This document shows, piece by piece, positions 1 to 8,621 of a stretch of DNA of 19,914 bases. The position numbers and the translations under genes are program-made. Numbering within the stretch: position 1 is the stretch's first letter; every line of letters begins with the position of its first letter. The notes below the pieces were generated by a model that saw only the letters and a program-made list of their open reading frames with translations, was not told the DNA's origin and did no database searches. The stretch is from positions 1 to 19,914 of the forward strand of contig NW_021824454.1 in the NCBI RefSeq assembly GCF_006345805.1, in the 5' to 3' direction. The DNA comes from Octopus sinensis. Lineage: Eukaryota.

Positions 1-200
1 GTGTGTGTGTGTGTGGTTGGTGTGTGTGTATACATATATATATATACACCATATATATATACCAACAATCACAGGAATGATACACATACAACCGCACACA
101 TTGCATACATGCGCATGCCCACACACATTTTCACAGAAACGCTCGTACATACATAAGCACATACACACACACACCACACACCACACATACCCCCTCAGAG
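1..200. repeat. Compound (GT)n/(TA)n/CA-rich low-complexity repeat
   Basis: Dinucleotide runs read directly; ORF 5..250 is a low-complexity artefact. Confidence 0.85.
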
Positions 201-678
201 ATAAACACATAAACACTGTCTGCTATGAATTGCTCAGCCCGTCATTATAAAACATGAAAAGACGTCAAGGAATGTAAACAAACCTTAAATACGGGGAACA
301 TTTCATACATGTCCGAAATATGTCAGTGAATAGCGTGTATGCCGTCAATAGGATTACTGACAATATATACAGGACTTTAACTAATAGAGATAAGTAATGA
401 AGGTCAACGTGATTGAAAACCAGAAGACCCTATTTTACAAGGCTATTTCAATGCAAATATCAACCAGTTTTGCCTGTGCTTTCATTCATACAATCAGTAC
501 CGAAGTCTCAGACAGGGACGTCAAAGTACAAGACAGACTGTAACCGGTAAGATGCGATGCAAATGCTAAATATATATGGCGCATGTGTTATGAAAGTAAA
601 AATTTCTTATGAATTTAAAATAAAGTTGCTGTTTTTCTTTTCAGATATCAAAACAAAAAGGTAATTAAAATACATTAA

Positions 679-1742
679 ATGACAGATCTATCGGACTTTC
701 AAAGAGATCAAATTGTTGGTGCTCGTATGGCAGGAGCTAGTTAGTATATAACGAAACAACAGACGAAATATTTGGTGTATCAAGAAGTACTGTCTCGAAA
801 GTAATGACAGACTTGAGAAAGAGGGAAAAAAACCCTCCTCGTCGAAACAAAACTCCGGAAGAAAACCAAAACTTTCAGATAGGGACCGTCGCAATCTAAA
901 GCGAATTGTAAGAAAGGATCACAAAAGTACAGCTCGCCAAAATTACTGCAGAGCTTACTGACCACCGTGAGAACCCAGTTTCCACTAAAAACTGTTCGCC
1001 GAGAGCTGTACAAAGCCGGATTTCTCGGGAGTGCTGCAATCAGAAATTCACTATTTGCAAAGACAAACGTTGCAAAACGTTTCGAGTGGAATAAAAACAT
1101 ACAGAATTGGTCCCTAGAACAGTGGGAAAATGTTATTTTCACAGACGAGTTATCCTTTACCTTATTTCCGACCTCCGGCCAAGTACACATGTAGAGACAG
1201 CCAAAAGAAGCATTTGACCCAGACTGCCTTCTTCCAACTCTTAAACATGAAGGAGGATCTGTCATGATCTGGGGGCTATATCTTGCAAATCCACCTGCCC
1301 AAAGACTATTTAAACGTTTTATCTAATCAACTCCATCCTATGGTAGCGTAACTGTTTCCGGGGGTAAACGCAATCTTTCAGGGTTATAATGCACCAATTC
1401 ACACAGCTTAAGTTGTTATTGAACGGCACGAGGAATATTCAAATGAAGTTGAGCATCTTATCTGGCCACCACAGTCCCCAGATCTCAATATTCTTGAACA
1501 TTTATGGTGCATTTTAGAAAAACAAGCAAGAAGTCGATATCCTCCACCATCATCACTACAAGAACTAGAGACTGTTTTAGGTGAAGAATGGACCAAACTT
1601 TCTTTGGAAACTATTCAAACTTTGTACGAATCCATATCTCGTAGAATTCAAGCTGTAATTACTGCCAAAGGCGGTCCTACCCCATATTAAAATAAATTTG
1701 TTTGAAATTTTAAGGTGTTTCCATTAATTTGTCCACCCACTG
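679..1742 (+). mobile_element. Decayed Tc1-family (DD34E) DNA transposon with right terminus; left TIR not found
   Basis: ATG at 679 gives MTDLSDFQRDQIVGARMAG (HTH). Across frameshifts and stops: GRKPKLSDRDRR, KTVRRELYKAGF, WENVIFTDE (first D), degenerate QGYNAPIHT (second D, normally QDDN), WPPQSPDLNILEHLW (E), RRIQAVITAKGGPTPY* with TAA at 1688-1690. Ends in ...GTCCACCCACTG (Tc1 CAGTG terminus) followed by TA at 1743-1744. Confidence 0.93.
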
Positions 1743-1834
1743 TATATATATGTATGTGGCTATATATATATATATGTATATATATGTGTGTATATATATA
1801 TATATATTATATATATAATATATATAATATATAA

Positions 1835-1892
<58 letters not shown>

Positions 1893-1968
1893 ATATATAT
1901 ATATTATATATATATATTGTATATATTACAAATATATATATACATATACATATGTATATATATATATA

Positions 1969-2040
<72 letters not shown>

Positions 2041-2045
2041 TATAT
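1743..2045. repeat. ~300 bp imperfect (TA)n microsatellite
   Basis: Direct reading; starts at the TA flanking the Tc1 right end. Confidence 0.97.
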
Positions 2046-2099
2046 TTGTATTTTCATCGTATATGTTTTCTTTTATACACCTCCTTTTAATCAAGAAGA

Positions 2100-2179
2100 C
2101 TTATGATTTGCAAGTGTTGCAGATGATATAACCATCCTTTTTCAGGATGGTTATATTTGCTACACTTGTAAATCATGAG
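2100..2179 (+). ncRNA. Candidate pre-miRNA-like or dsRNA hairpin
   Basis: Imperfect inverted repeat with a perfect 13-bp core ATATAACCATCCT/AGGATGGTTATAT around a 5-nt loop, extended to ~36 pairs with 3 G-U wobbles, one U-U mismatch and one 3-nt bulge on the + strand. Confidence 0.35.
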
Positions 2180-2736
2180 ATAGACCCTGTGTATCATGAA
2201 AACAATAAAGTGCTAGTCTGAAGATGATTCTGCGCGATTAGATAGCGATTTTGTTTCCTATCATTCGCAGGTTGGGCCGCCATGTTGACGTTCCATCGCT
2301 ACGTCGTTTTGTAATTTATACATTGTGTGTGGGAAGGTGCGTGTGTGTTTGACAGCGTGTGTGTCTGCTGCTGCGTGTGCGTGTGTGGCTGTTGATATGT
2401 ACGCTTGTGTTTTTATCCATAAGTCTAATTTTGGATGTATATAGACGAATAGGGAAGGAGCTGGAAATTTCCTGGCTTTAAAGTTATTGCGAAAGGCCTC
2501 GTTGGAGGCCCAACCCTCCTGAGTTCTTAGGAAAAGTGAAACAGGGCTTAGGAATACTGGAAGACCATGGCAATGAGTGCGTGAATTTGAGAAGAGGAAT
2601 ATGTTGAAGAAAATCGTAATTAACTGATCCTCCTGTCTTTTCTTTTAGCCAAAACCAGGAATTGTTCAGTACCCCCTCTTATGAGAATATATAAAAATGT
2701 ATGAATAAACATATATGCATTTGTGTCCCCTTTTAC

Positions 2737-2740
2737 ATAT

Positions 2741-2776
<36 letters not shown>

Positions 2777-3104
2777 CATATATATATATATAATATATAT
2801 CTATAATATATAATACACATGTATACACGTATAACATACAAATGAAATAATATCTATATATTATATATATATATAATATCTATATATATATATATATATA
2901 CATATATACAAGTTTGTATATAGGTAGAAAATGAATATGTATACATAAATAATCTATACATATATATATACATGTATATATGTATACATTTGTATAATTA
3001 TACATATTCATGTGTGTATGTATATTATATATATATATACTCACACCCCCACACAGACATACGTGCGCATGTATAGAGTGAGACATACAAATAGAGAGAG
3101 AGAG

Positions 3105-3155
<51 letters not shown>

Positions 3156-3205
3156 AAAAAAGAAAAATGAAAGAAAGAAAGGGAGTGAGGGAGGGAGAGA
3201 GAGAG
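2737..3205. repeat. Compound microsatellite block (CA)n, (TA)n, (GA)n, (GAAA)n
   Basis: Direct reading. Confidence 0.93.
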
Positions 3206-3431
3206 ACACGAGAAGACATGAAAGCGTAACTGAGAGAGAAAAGAGGCTCTACGCGATGTGTGGGAGTGTTGTGTTGGTTGATTGTAATTTGTTTGATAAC
3301 GAACTTTTGATGTAAAGAGGTTGGTAATTGTTCATCGTAGGGATTGCAGCTGTCAGCTGAAAAATTCTGTGTTTAAATACGAAAAGTACTACTCTCATTG
3401 AAACAATTCAAATACTACAACTGCTTCTGTT

Positions 3432-3530
3432 ACTGGTGTTGCTGGTGATGGTGATGATGGTGATGATGGTGACGATGATGACGATGATGGTGGTGGTGGT
3501 AGTGGTGGTGGTGGTGGTGGTGGTGGTGCA
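3432..3530. repeat. Trinucleotide repeat (GGT/GAT)n
   Basis: Direct reading; explains the poly-His, poly-Pro and poly-Thr ORFs on the minus strand. Confidence 0.93.
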
Positions 3531-3708
3531 CTGGAGAGTGCAACATGTGTGTGTGTATGGGGGTGGGTGGGTGTGGGGGGGGAGAGTGGATGATGGTGTT
3601 GATACATGATGTCCCAAACGTAACTAAATTGATAATTAGAACAATTACATACATGCAATAATGTGTTTGTATTACAGTTTCAAAACAAGGCGTCCAGTTT
3701 GGGACAAA

Positions 3709-3743
<35 letters not shown>

Positions 3744-4439
3744 GTATCCACACAAATTCAAACACACAAATATTTATATTTAAATTTAAAGACTACTGAA
3801 ATGGTTGCTAGATGCAACGAAAACTTTAGGAAAATAAAAATAAGAAATAAGTGGAAATTTTACTGGTGTATGTGTTAAATTATAAGACACAAAAAGAAAA
3901 TGACTCTCCCCAGACAAAACAGAATATACATATATATATATATAATGTTTTTCCCGTTTCCGTTTCGTCTCTGTTTTTTTGTTGTAAAAATATGGCTTGT
4001 CCGTTTTCGTTTTTCGTTGAGTTCTACGTCTAGTTGCAGTGTCCTGTACTCACGTATATATATTTATATATGCATGTATATATGCATGTAGATGTAGGTA
4101 CGTACATATATGTTTGTATGCATGCATATATTTTATTTATTACACTATTGTCTGACAGCGCGTTCGCGTCAGGGTCGATTCGATTCGTTGTTTCGGTCCA
4201 CTTCCCTTCCTCCCAGTTTTGTTATATATATATATATATATATATATTTCTATTTCGAATGAGATATCATTGCGGTTACCTAATGCTTAGAATTCCTTGT
4301 AAATCCATGCATATCTGACCTTTATTCAGGCACTAAACACAATTTGTCCTCTGTCTTTCTTTTGCTATTGTATGCATTTAAAGGATAAGTGTGTGTGTGT
4401 GGGGGGGGGGGTTATAATAATATTTTGTTTCAGCTCCAG

Positions 4440-5245
4440 AAGTCTTTAAATTTCTTAGACTCCTAGGACGAACCTATCTTCTTACTATTTTTCTATCGTT
4501 CTGTTTTGTTGTCTAAATGCTTCCATAATATTCATAATATTCTCCTTTCATTCTCGTTACTATTTTGGTGAGGATTTCTGGGGTTTTTTTTCTTTTTTTT
4601 TTTCGACCAATTAGCCCAATTTCTTTCTCATCTAGATATTTTAGTGTACACTTTGGGCTAGTAGTAATTATTTTTTCTTTTATTGTCCTTGGTCGGACGT
4701 ATCTTTTACATTTAGTTAAGCATTGTCTAAATTTTCTGAGATGCAGTTTTTGACTTAGTATTAAAGCACACGAGTGTCTTCCGTTAACTTTTGCGACACT
4801 TCCATGAGGAACCGCTTAAATTTGTTATTATCTACACAAAAAAGTTGTTTTCTTTTTTCTGAAATTATAGCAATATTAGTAGTAATCTCAAATATCGTAA
4901 TATCGGTCCGCAGCTTGTTCTGAGCCACATCATTGTATATTTCGGCAGGTGTTGCTACTTTGACAAGTGTCTACTTACTGTTTGAACTATTACTGTTTTT
5001 GTTATTAATGTTTTTTGATCCCAAATTAGCCATTTTGGAGTCTATCATTAGTCAAAGACATTCCAGCTATGACCATCTCGTACTACAGAGTGGGCGGAGG
5101 TCAATGTGGTTCAGTTGGTTGTAGTATTGTTTCTATTCTAGGACGGTAAAGGTACAATTTGAACGATAGTACTATAGTATTGCTTACGGTCAGGTCGAGT
5201 GTCCGCATAGGAATGTCTGCATTGCGTTGTACTAAAAAACCACAT
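4440..5245 (-). mobile_element. Probable degraded 5' part (5'UTR plus ORF1-like region) of a LINE
   Basis: A-rich minus strand with AAAATG at 5033 opening MANLGSKNINNKNSNSSNSK*TLVKVATPAEIYNDVAQNKLRTDITIFEITT...; largely open with scattered stops. Resembles remembered octopus L1/Tx1 ORF1 starts; not verified by search. Confidence 0.35.
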
Positions 5246-5668
5246 GTTATACATTTTTACAACTAAGTAGACTCAGCTGTTTGTCAAATATGGGAGAAAA
5301 AATTTAGGCCTATTTTATTGCTAACTGAGATCATTCTCTTGCATTTGTGATTTGTTTTATCTCGACGCGAAACAAAAATTAATATAAAACAAAAACGAAG
5401 TAGCAGGGAAGAAATTTTTCAAGATCTAAAGAAACTTGGATAAATCGATTACACTCGAACCCCCATTTTTGCTCTTTTCGTTTAGACACGTATTAGCCGT
5501 CATCGAGCTAATCATAGGTTTTTCAAAAAGCGGTGACCAAATGATGTTCTCTCTAATCATCATCAAGGCATCAGATACACAAACCAGTCTTAATGTCCTA
5601 GTTAGCCTCTGCTGTTCTAATGTCCTAATTAGCCTCTGACTAACTAGGATATTCTATTGTCATATTAA

Positions 5669-5803
5669 CCCTTTAACATTTGAACCGGCTGTATCACGTA
5701 AAAATATTCTACCGGTTTTATGTTGATCTCGGTCAGATCCGGCCCTTCACACTTACCATGTAATGTCATTCTAAAATATAAGCATTCACATCACTGAAAT
5801 CTG
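5669..5803 (+). mobile_element. piggyBac-like non-autonomous element, one end only
   Basis: TTAA (5665-5668) followed by CCCTTTAACATTT, the TTAA-CCC signature of piggyBac ends. No opposite TIR found. Confidence 0.5.
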
Positions 5804-5805
5804 GG

Positions 5806-5842
<37 letters not shown>

Positions 5843-5845
<3 letters not shown>

Positions 5846-6108
5846 AGATGTACTTGCATAACAAGTGACCTGGTCTGAGATCGTGAGCTGGAATGAAAAC
5901 AATTGCAGCGTGGAAGGTGTTTATAAACCATTCACTTCAATATTTAAATTTAATTTGCTGCAGCACGGAATTTTGTCAGTGAACAGGTCGCGGTCTCAAA
6001 GCGACGAAAATATTTTGGCAAGTTTAATTTAAATGTTGAAATGGATCTAACGGTTTTTGTGTGTTTTGCATGGCTTATAAACACCTCCCACGCTGCAATT
6101 GTTTTTAA
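5843..6108. mobile_element. Two copies of one repeat in inverted orientation (Penelope-like pLTR/retrozyme-type structure)
   Basis: 5896-5931 matches the reverse complement of 6070-6105 at 34/36, and 5933-5957 matches that of 6019-6043 at 21/25. The right copy carries a hammerhead motif. PLE assignment is inferred from the hammerhead plus the inverted truncated copy. Confidence 0.6.
5972..6022 (+). ncRNA. Minimal type I hammerhead ribozyme motif (G3-C8 variant)
   Basis: Stem I UUUGUCA (5972-5978) / UGGCAAG (6016-6022); core GUGAACA (5979-5985) plus extra G; stem II GUCGC/GCGAC with 9-nt loop; GAAA (6006-6009); self-complementary helix III AAUAUU; predicted cleavage after U6015. Confidence 0.65.

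Positions 6109-6109
<1 letters not shown>

Positions 6110-6155
<46 letters not shown>
6110..6155. repeat. (TG)n microsatellite
   Basis: Direct reading. Confidence 0.95.
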
Positions 6156-6162
<7 letters not shown>

Positions 6163-6392
6163 GTGTGCCAGTACGTTGGCTGATTGTGTGAAACTACGAA
6201 ATCTCCCAGACAGCCGACTCTTATTTTAGGTTGGTGAAGTGCAAATAAAAATGTGTGATATCAATCGTTTTCTGTGGTCTGGGTTGAAAAATTCATAGAA
6301 TGATCAAATTTTCATAGCATTGGAATAACAGAGGAATCAACAAGTGTTGATGTTTGGTTATATCAAAGTTTCTGGGAGGTATGAAATGTGTT

Positions 6393-6673
6393 GGAGGCGC
6401 AATGGCCCAGTGGTTAGGGCAGCGGACTCGCGGTTCCGATTCCCATACTGGGCGTAGTGAGTGTTTATTAAGCGAAAACACCTAAAACTCTACGAGGCGT
6501 GGGAGGGGGGGCAATCCATGTTGTACTCTTTCGCCACAACTTTCTCTCACTTTTTCTTCTGTTGGCCTGCTCGCTTAGCCAGCGGGGAGACGTCATTTGA
6601 AGGCTAAAACAATGCGAAACGCATTGTGACCAGCGATGTGTAGCAACATCTGATAGCCTGGTCGATCACAGTG
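6393..6673 (+). mobile_element. tRNA-derived SINE (octopus OR-type) with 12-bp TSD
   Basis: Box A TGGCCCAGTGG; degenerate box B GGTTCCGATTCCC; ATGAAATGTGTT repeated at 6381-6392 and 6674-6685; homologous to the SINE at 17234-17519. Confidence 0.9.
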
Positions 6674-6730
6674 ATGAAATGTGTTAGAGATAAATATAAA
6701 TATTCCTCAATTCTAGCTTTTAATGTAAAC

Positions 6731-7052
6731 CATTGGTCCTCAGCTACGGTCAAAATGACCCCTGAGGGTTCATATAAGATTTTTGGAGTTTCATGCAAGC
6801 GAAATAGTAAATTGAGGATCCACGATAGTATTTTGAGCATCCAATGAAAAAAGTTTCCTTCAGATGTATTTATTGCAAGGAACAACAAGGTCCCTTCTCT
6901 AATGTTTTACATGTGTGATGAACAAAATTGAAATTTTGAGTGAAGAATTCATTAAACTACTTTCAAATATCGAATCGATGTGGGGGTCCACAATAATAGA
7001 ATAATAACCAAAGAAGTCCCCAGGTAAAAAAAGAAATGGTTGAGGACCAGTG
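6731..7052 (+). mobile_element. hAT (Charlie-like) MITE, 322 bp
   Basis: TIRs CATTGGTCCTCAGC and GGTTGAGGACCAGTG; degenerate 8-bp TSD ATGTAAAC / ATGTGGGC. Confidence 0.8.
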
Positions 7053-7849
7053 ATGTGGGCGAATGAGAACTATTTTGGAAATGCTTAACCCCTAAAGATT
7101 TTATTTTGCAATTGGAATGCAAATGGAGAATATCACACGCGTATAAAACAGTAAAAAATCGCCTCACAGTTTCGTTGAGACCAAAAATCGTTGGTGCCTT
7201 GAGACATTGATGGTTTTACCATGCTGATAGTTCAAGAATGATAAAAGGAAATTCCAAATCAGGTATTCCTGTCTTACGGAAATCTAAAAAAAAAAAGGGG
7301 TGTCTCGCTTACACAATATATTGTTACTGAACTATCTGTCGACTATGTTTATATTTGTCAAATATTATTGTGAAAGAAGTAATTTCAAACTGGAAGCCTT
7401 TCTCCATTCGCGCGACACTCAAAGCCATTCCTTCCATCTTGATTTATTCCAGACGTGCATATCTCTTGAAGTCGGTTTCATTCTACCAACTACAATTTCA
7501 TGAATAATGCCTCGGCCTGCGAGTTATTTCCGTTTCTTAAACTACATTATCAGAGAACTTTTAAAATTTTCTTGATTACAGAGACAGATGATAAACATCA
7601 CTGTCAAAAATTTCTGGGGAAAAAATTAAATTACGGCTTAATGTAAGCAATTAAAAATATTAAAGATGCCAGGGAGGAAGTTAAAACACACTTATTTGGG
7701 GTTTGGAAATAAACTGCGTTCTAATGTAATTAAGGAGCGTTATAATATGCAGGTTACAGCCGTCTTAGTCAACAATGACCCTATACAAATAGTGCAAATT
7801 TGAAAGTGTGATAGCTAATCTTCTTGATGTCTGGCATCAATTACACCCT

Positions 7850-7935
7850 GAAAATTTAATTATAACCTTAAATTTACTATAGCCTTAAATTTACTATAAA
7901 AAATTTTAATTATACCCTTTAAATTTACTATTTTC
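7850..7935. repeat. Short AT-rich tandem repeat (CCTTAAATTTACTATA-type units)
   Basis: Three copies of (C)CTTAAATTTACTAT read directly. Confidence 0.75.
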
Positions 7936-7980
7936 CTTGCGCGGACCTCCAAAAATCTTATATGGACCTTCAAATCTCGA
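7936..7980 (-). mobile_element. Fragment of the same hAT MITE family
   Basis: Reverse complement GAAGGTCCATATAAGATTTTTGGAGGTCCGCGCAAG matches GAGGGTTCATATAAGATTTTTGGAGTTTCATGCAAG in the 6731-7052 MITE. Confidence 0.65.
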
Positions 7981-8081
7981 TGCATTCCAAACGAACATAA
8001 ATACTGAAGTCATTTTCAATGCATCGAATATAATTTCACTACTAAAACCCAGATCCAAGATTTATTTCCGCTTTAAAATTA

Positions 8082-8619
8082 TTGGGTTGTCCGGAAAGTT
8101 CGTGCCGATTTATACTAGCTTACATTTCGACTTATTTTAGAACATGGTTGAGTACATAAAATAGAATTTGACTACACCTCCATTTAGACCACAGTTTAAG
8201 CTATCTTTTCGTGGAAGAAGGTTTATCTTCCTATAACCTGTGTTAATTCTGTAACCCTTTAAAATGGAAGATAAGAAAGTTAATTTGCGGCACTTGATGC
8301 TGTGGGAACCAGACAAAAATTGCTGCAGCTCGGCTTGGATGTGTTACCCCACCCTTCATATTCACCAGATATTGCTCCTTCGGATTTCCCCTTATTCAGG
8401 TCTCTGCAGAATAGTCTTAAAGGTAAAAATTTCAATTCTTTGATGAATTCTTTGCCATGAAACCAGCTCAGTTCTGGGAAAAGGGGATTTTCAAGTTAAA
8501 GGAAAGATGGAGACGCATTGTGCAACAAAATGGTTCATATTTGGTTGATTAAAATGGCAAGTATGTATTGAACTTTTTCTTTCCTTTAAAACCCGGCACG
8601 AACTTTCCGGATAACTCAA
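8082..8619 (+). mobile_element. Internally deleted mariner (DD34D) element, 538 bp
   Basis: 26-bp TIRs TTGGGTTGTCCGGAAAGTTCGTGCCG and CGGCACGAACTTTCCGGATAACTCAA (24/26), TA on both sides. ATG at 8264 (MEDKKVNLRHLMLWE) is fused directly to TRQKLLQLGLDVLPHPSYSPDIAPSDF and then the C-terminal ERWRRIVQQNGSYLVD*. Confidence 0.93.
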
Positions 8620-8621
8620 TA

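Larger units (their letters stand above)
6230..7840 (+). mobile_element. Fossil Tigger/pogo (CENP-B/DDE_1) transposase interrupted by a SINE and a hAT MITE
   Basis: Motifs in correct order despite stops and frameshifts: WVEKFIE*SNFHSIGITEESTSVD (cf. GWFERFKKR...GEAASAD); AFNV|(D)E*ELFWKCL (cf. FNVDETGLFWK); YKTVKNRLT; SSRMIKGNSKSGIPVLRKSKKK (cf. PRALK..LPV.W.SNKK); YCERSNFKLEAFLHSRDTQSH (cf. LLILDNAPSH); EVGFILPTTIS; VISV.KLHYQRTF; TVKNFW; AIKNIKDAREEVK..GVWK. Confidence 0.8.

Noticed and set aside
293-370. Hammerhead-like pieces (GTCCGAAATATGTC and TGTCAGTGAATAG...TGACA)
   Set aside because: It shares 12/13 nt with the 5974 motif, but no single reading has core, stem II and GAAA in the right order.
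780-1265. 161-aa minus-strand ORF
   Set aside because: It is the antisense shadow of the Tc1 transposase.
3347-3359. Twin E-box CAGCTG-T-CAGCTG with an embedded TGTCA
   Set aside because: Too short to distinguish from chance without conservation or chromatin data.
3395-3765. Poly-His and poly-Pro ORFs resembling transcription-factor low-complexity tracts
   Set aside because: They arise from a (GGT/GAT)n repeat; the flanking residues are microsatellite-derived and no domain is present.
4140-4215. CpG-rich patch with a small CTGAC...GTCAG hairpin
   Set aside because: The stem is short and no RNA family or promoter architecture could be assigned.
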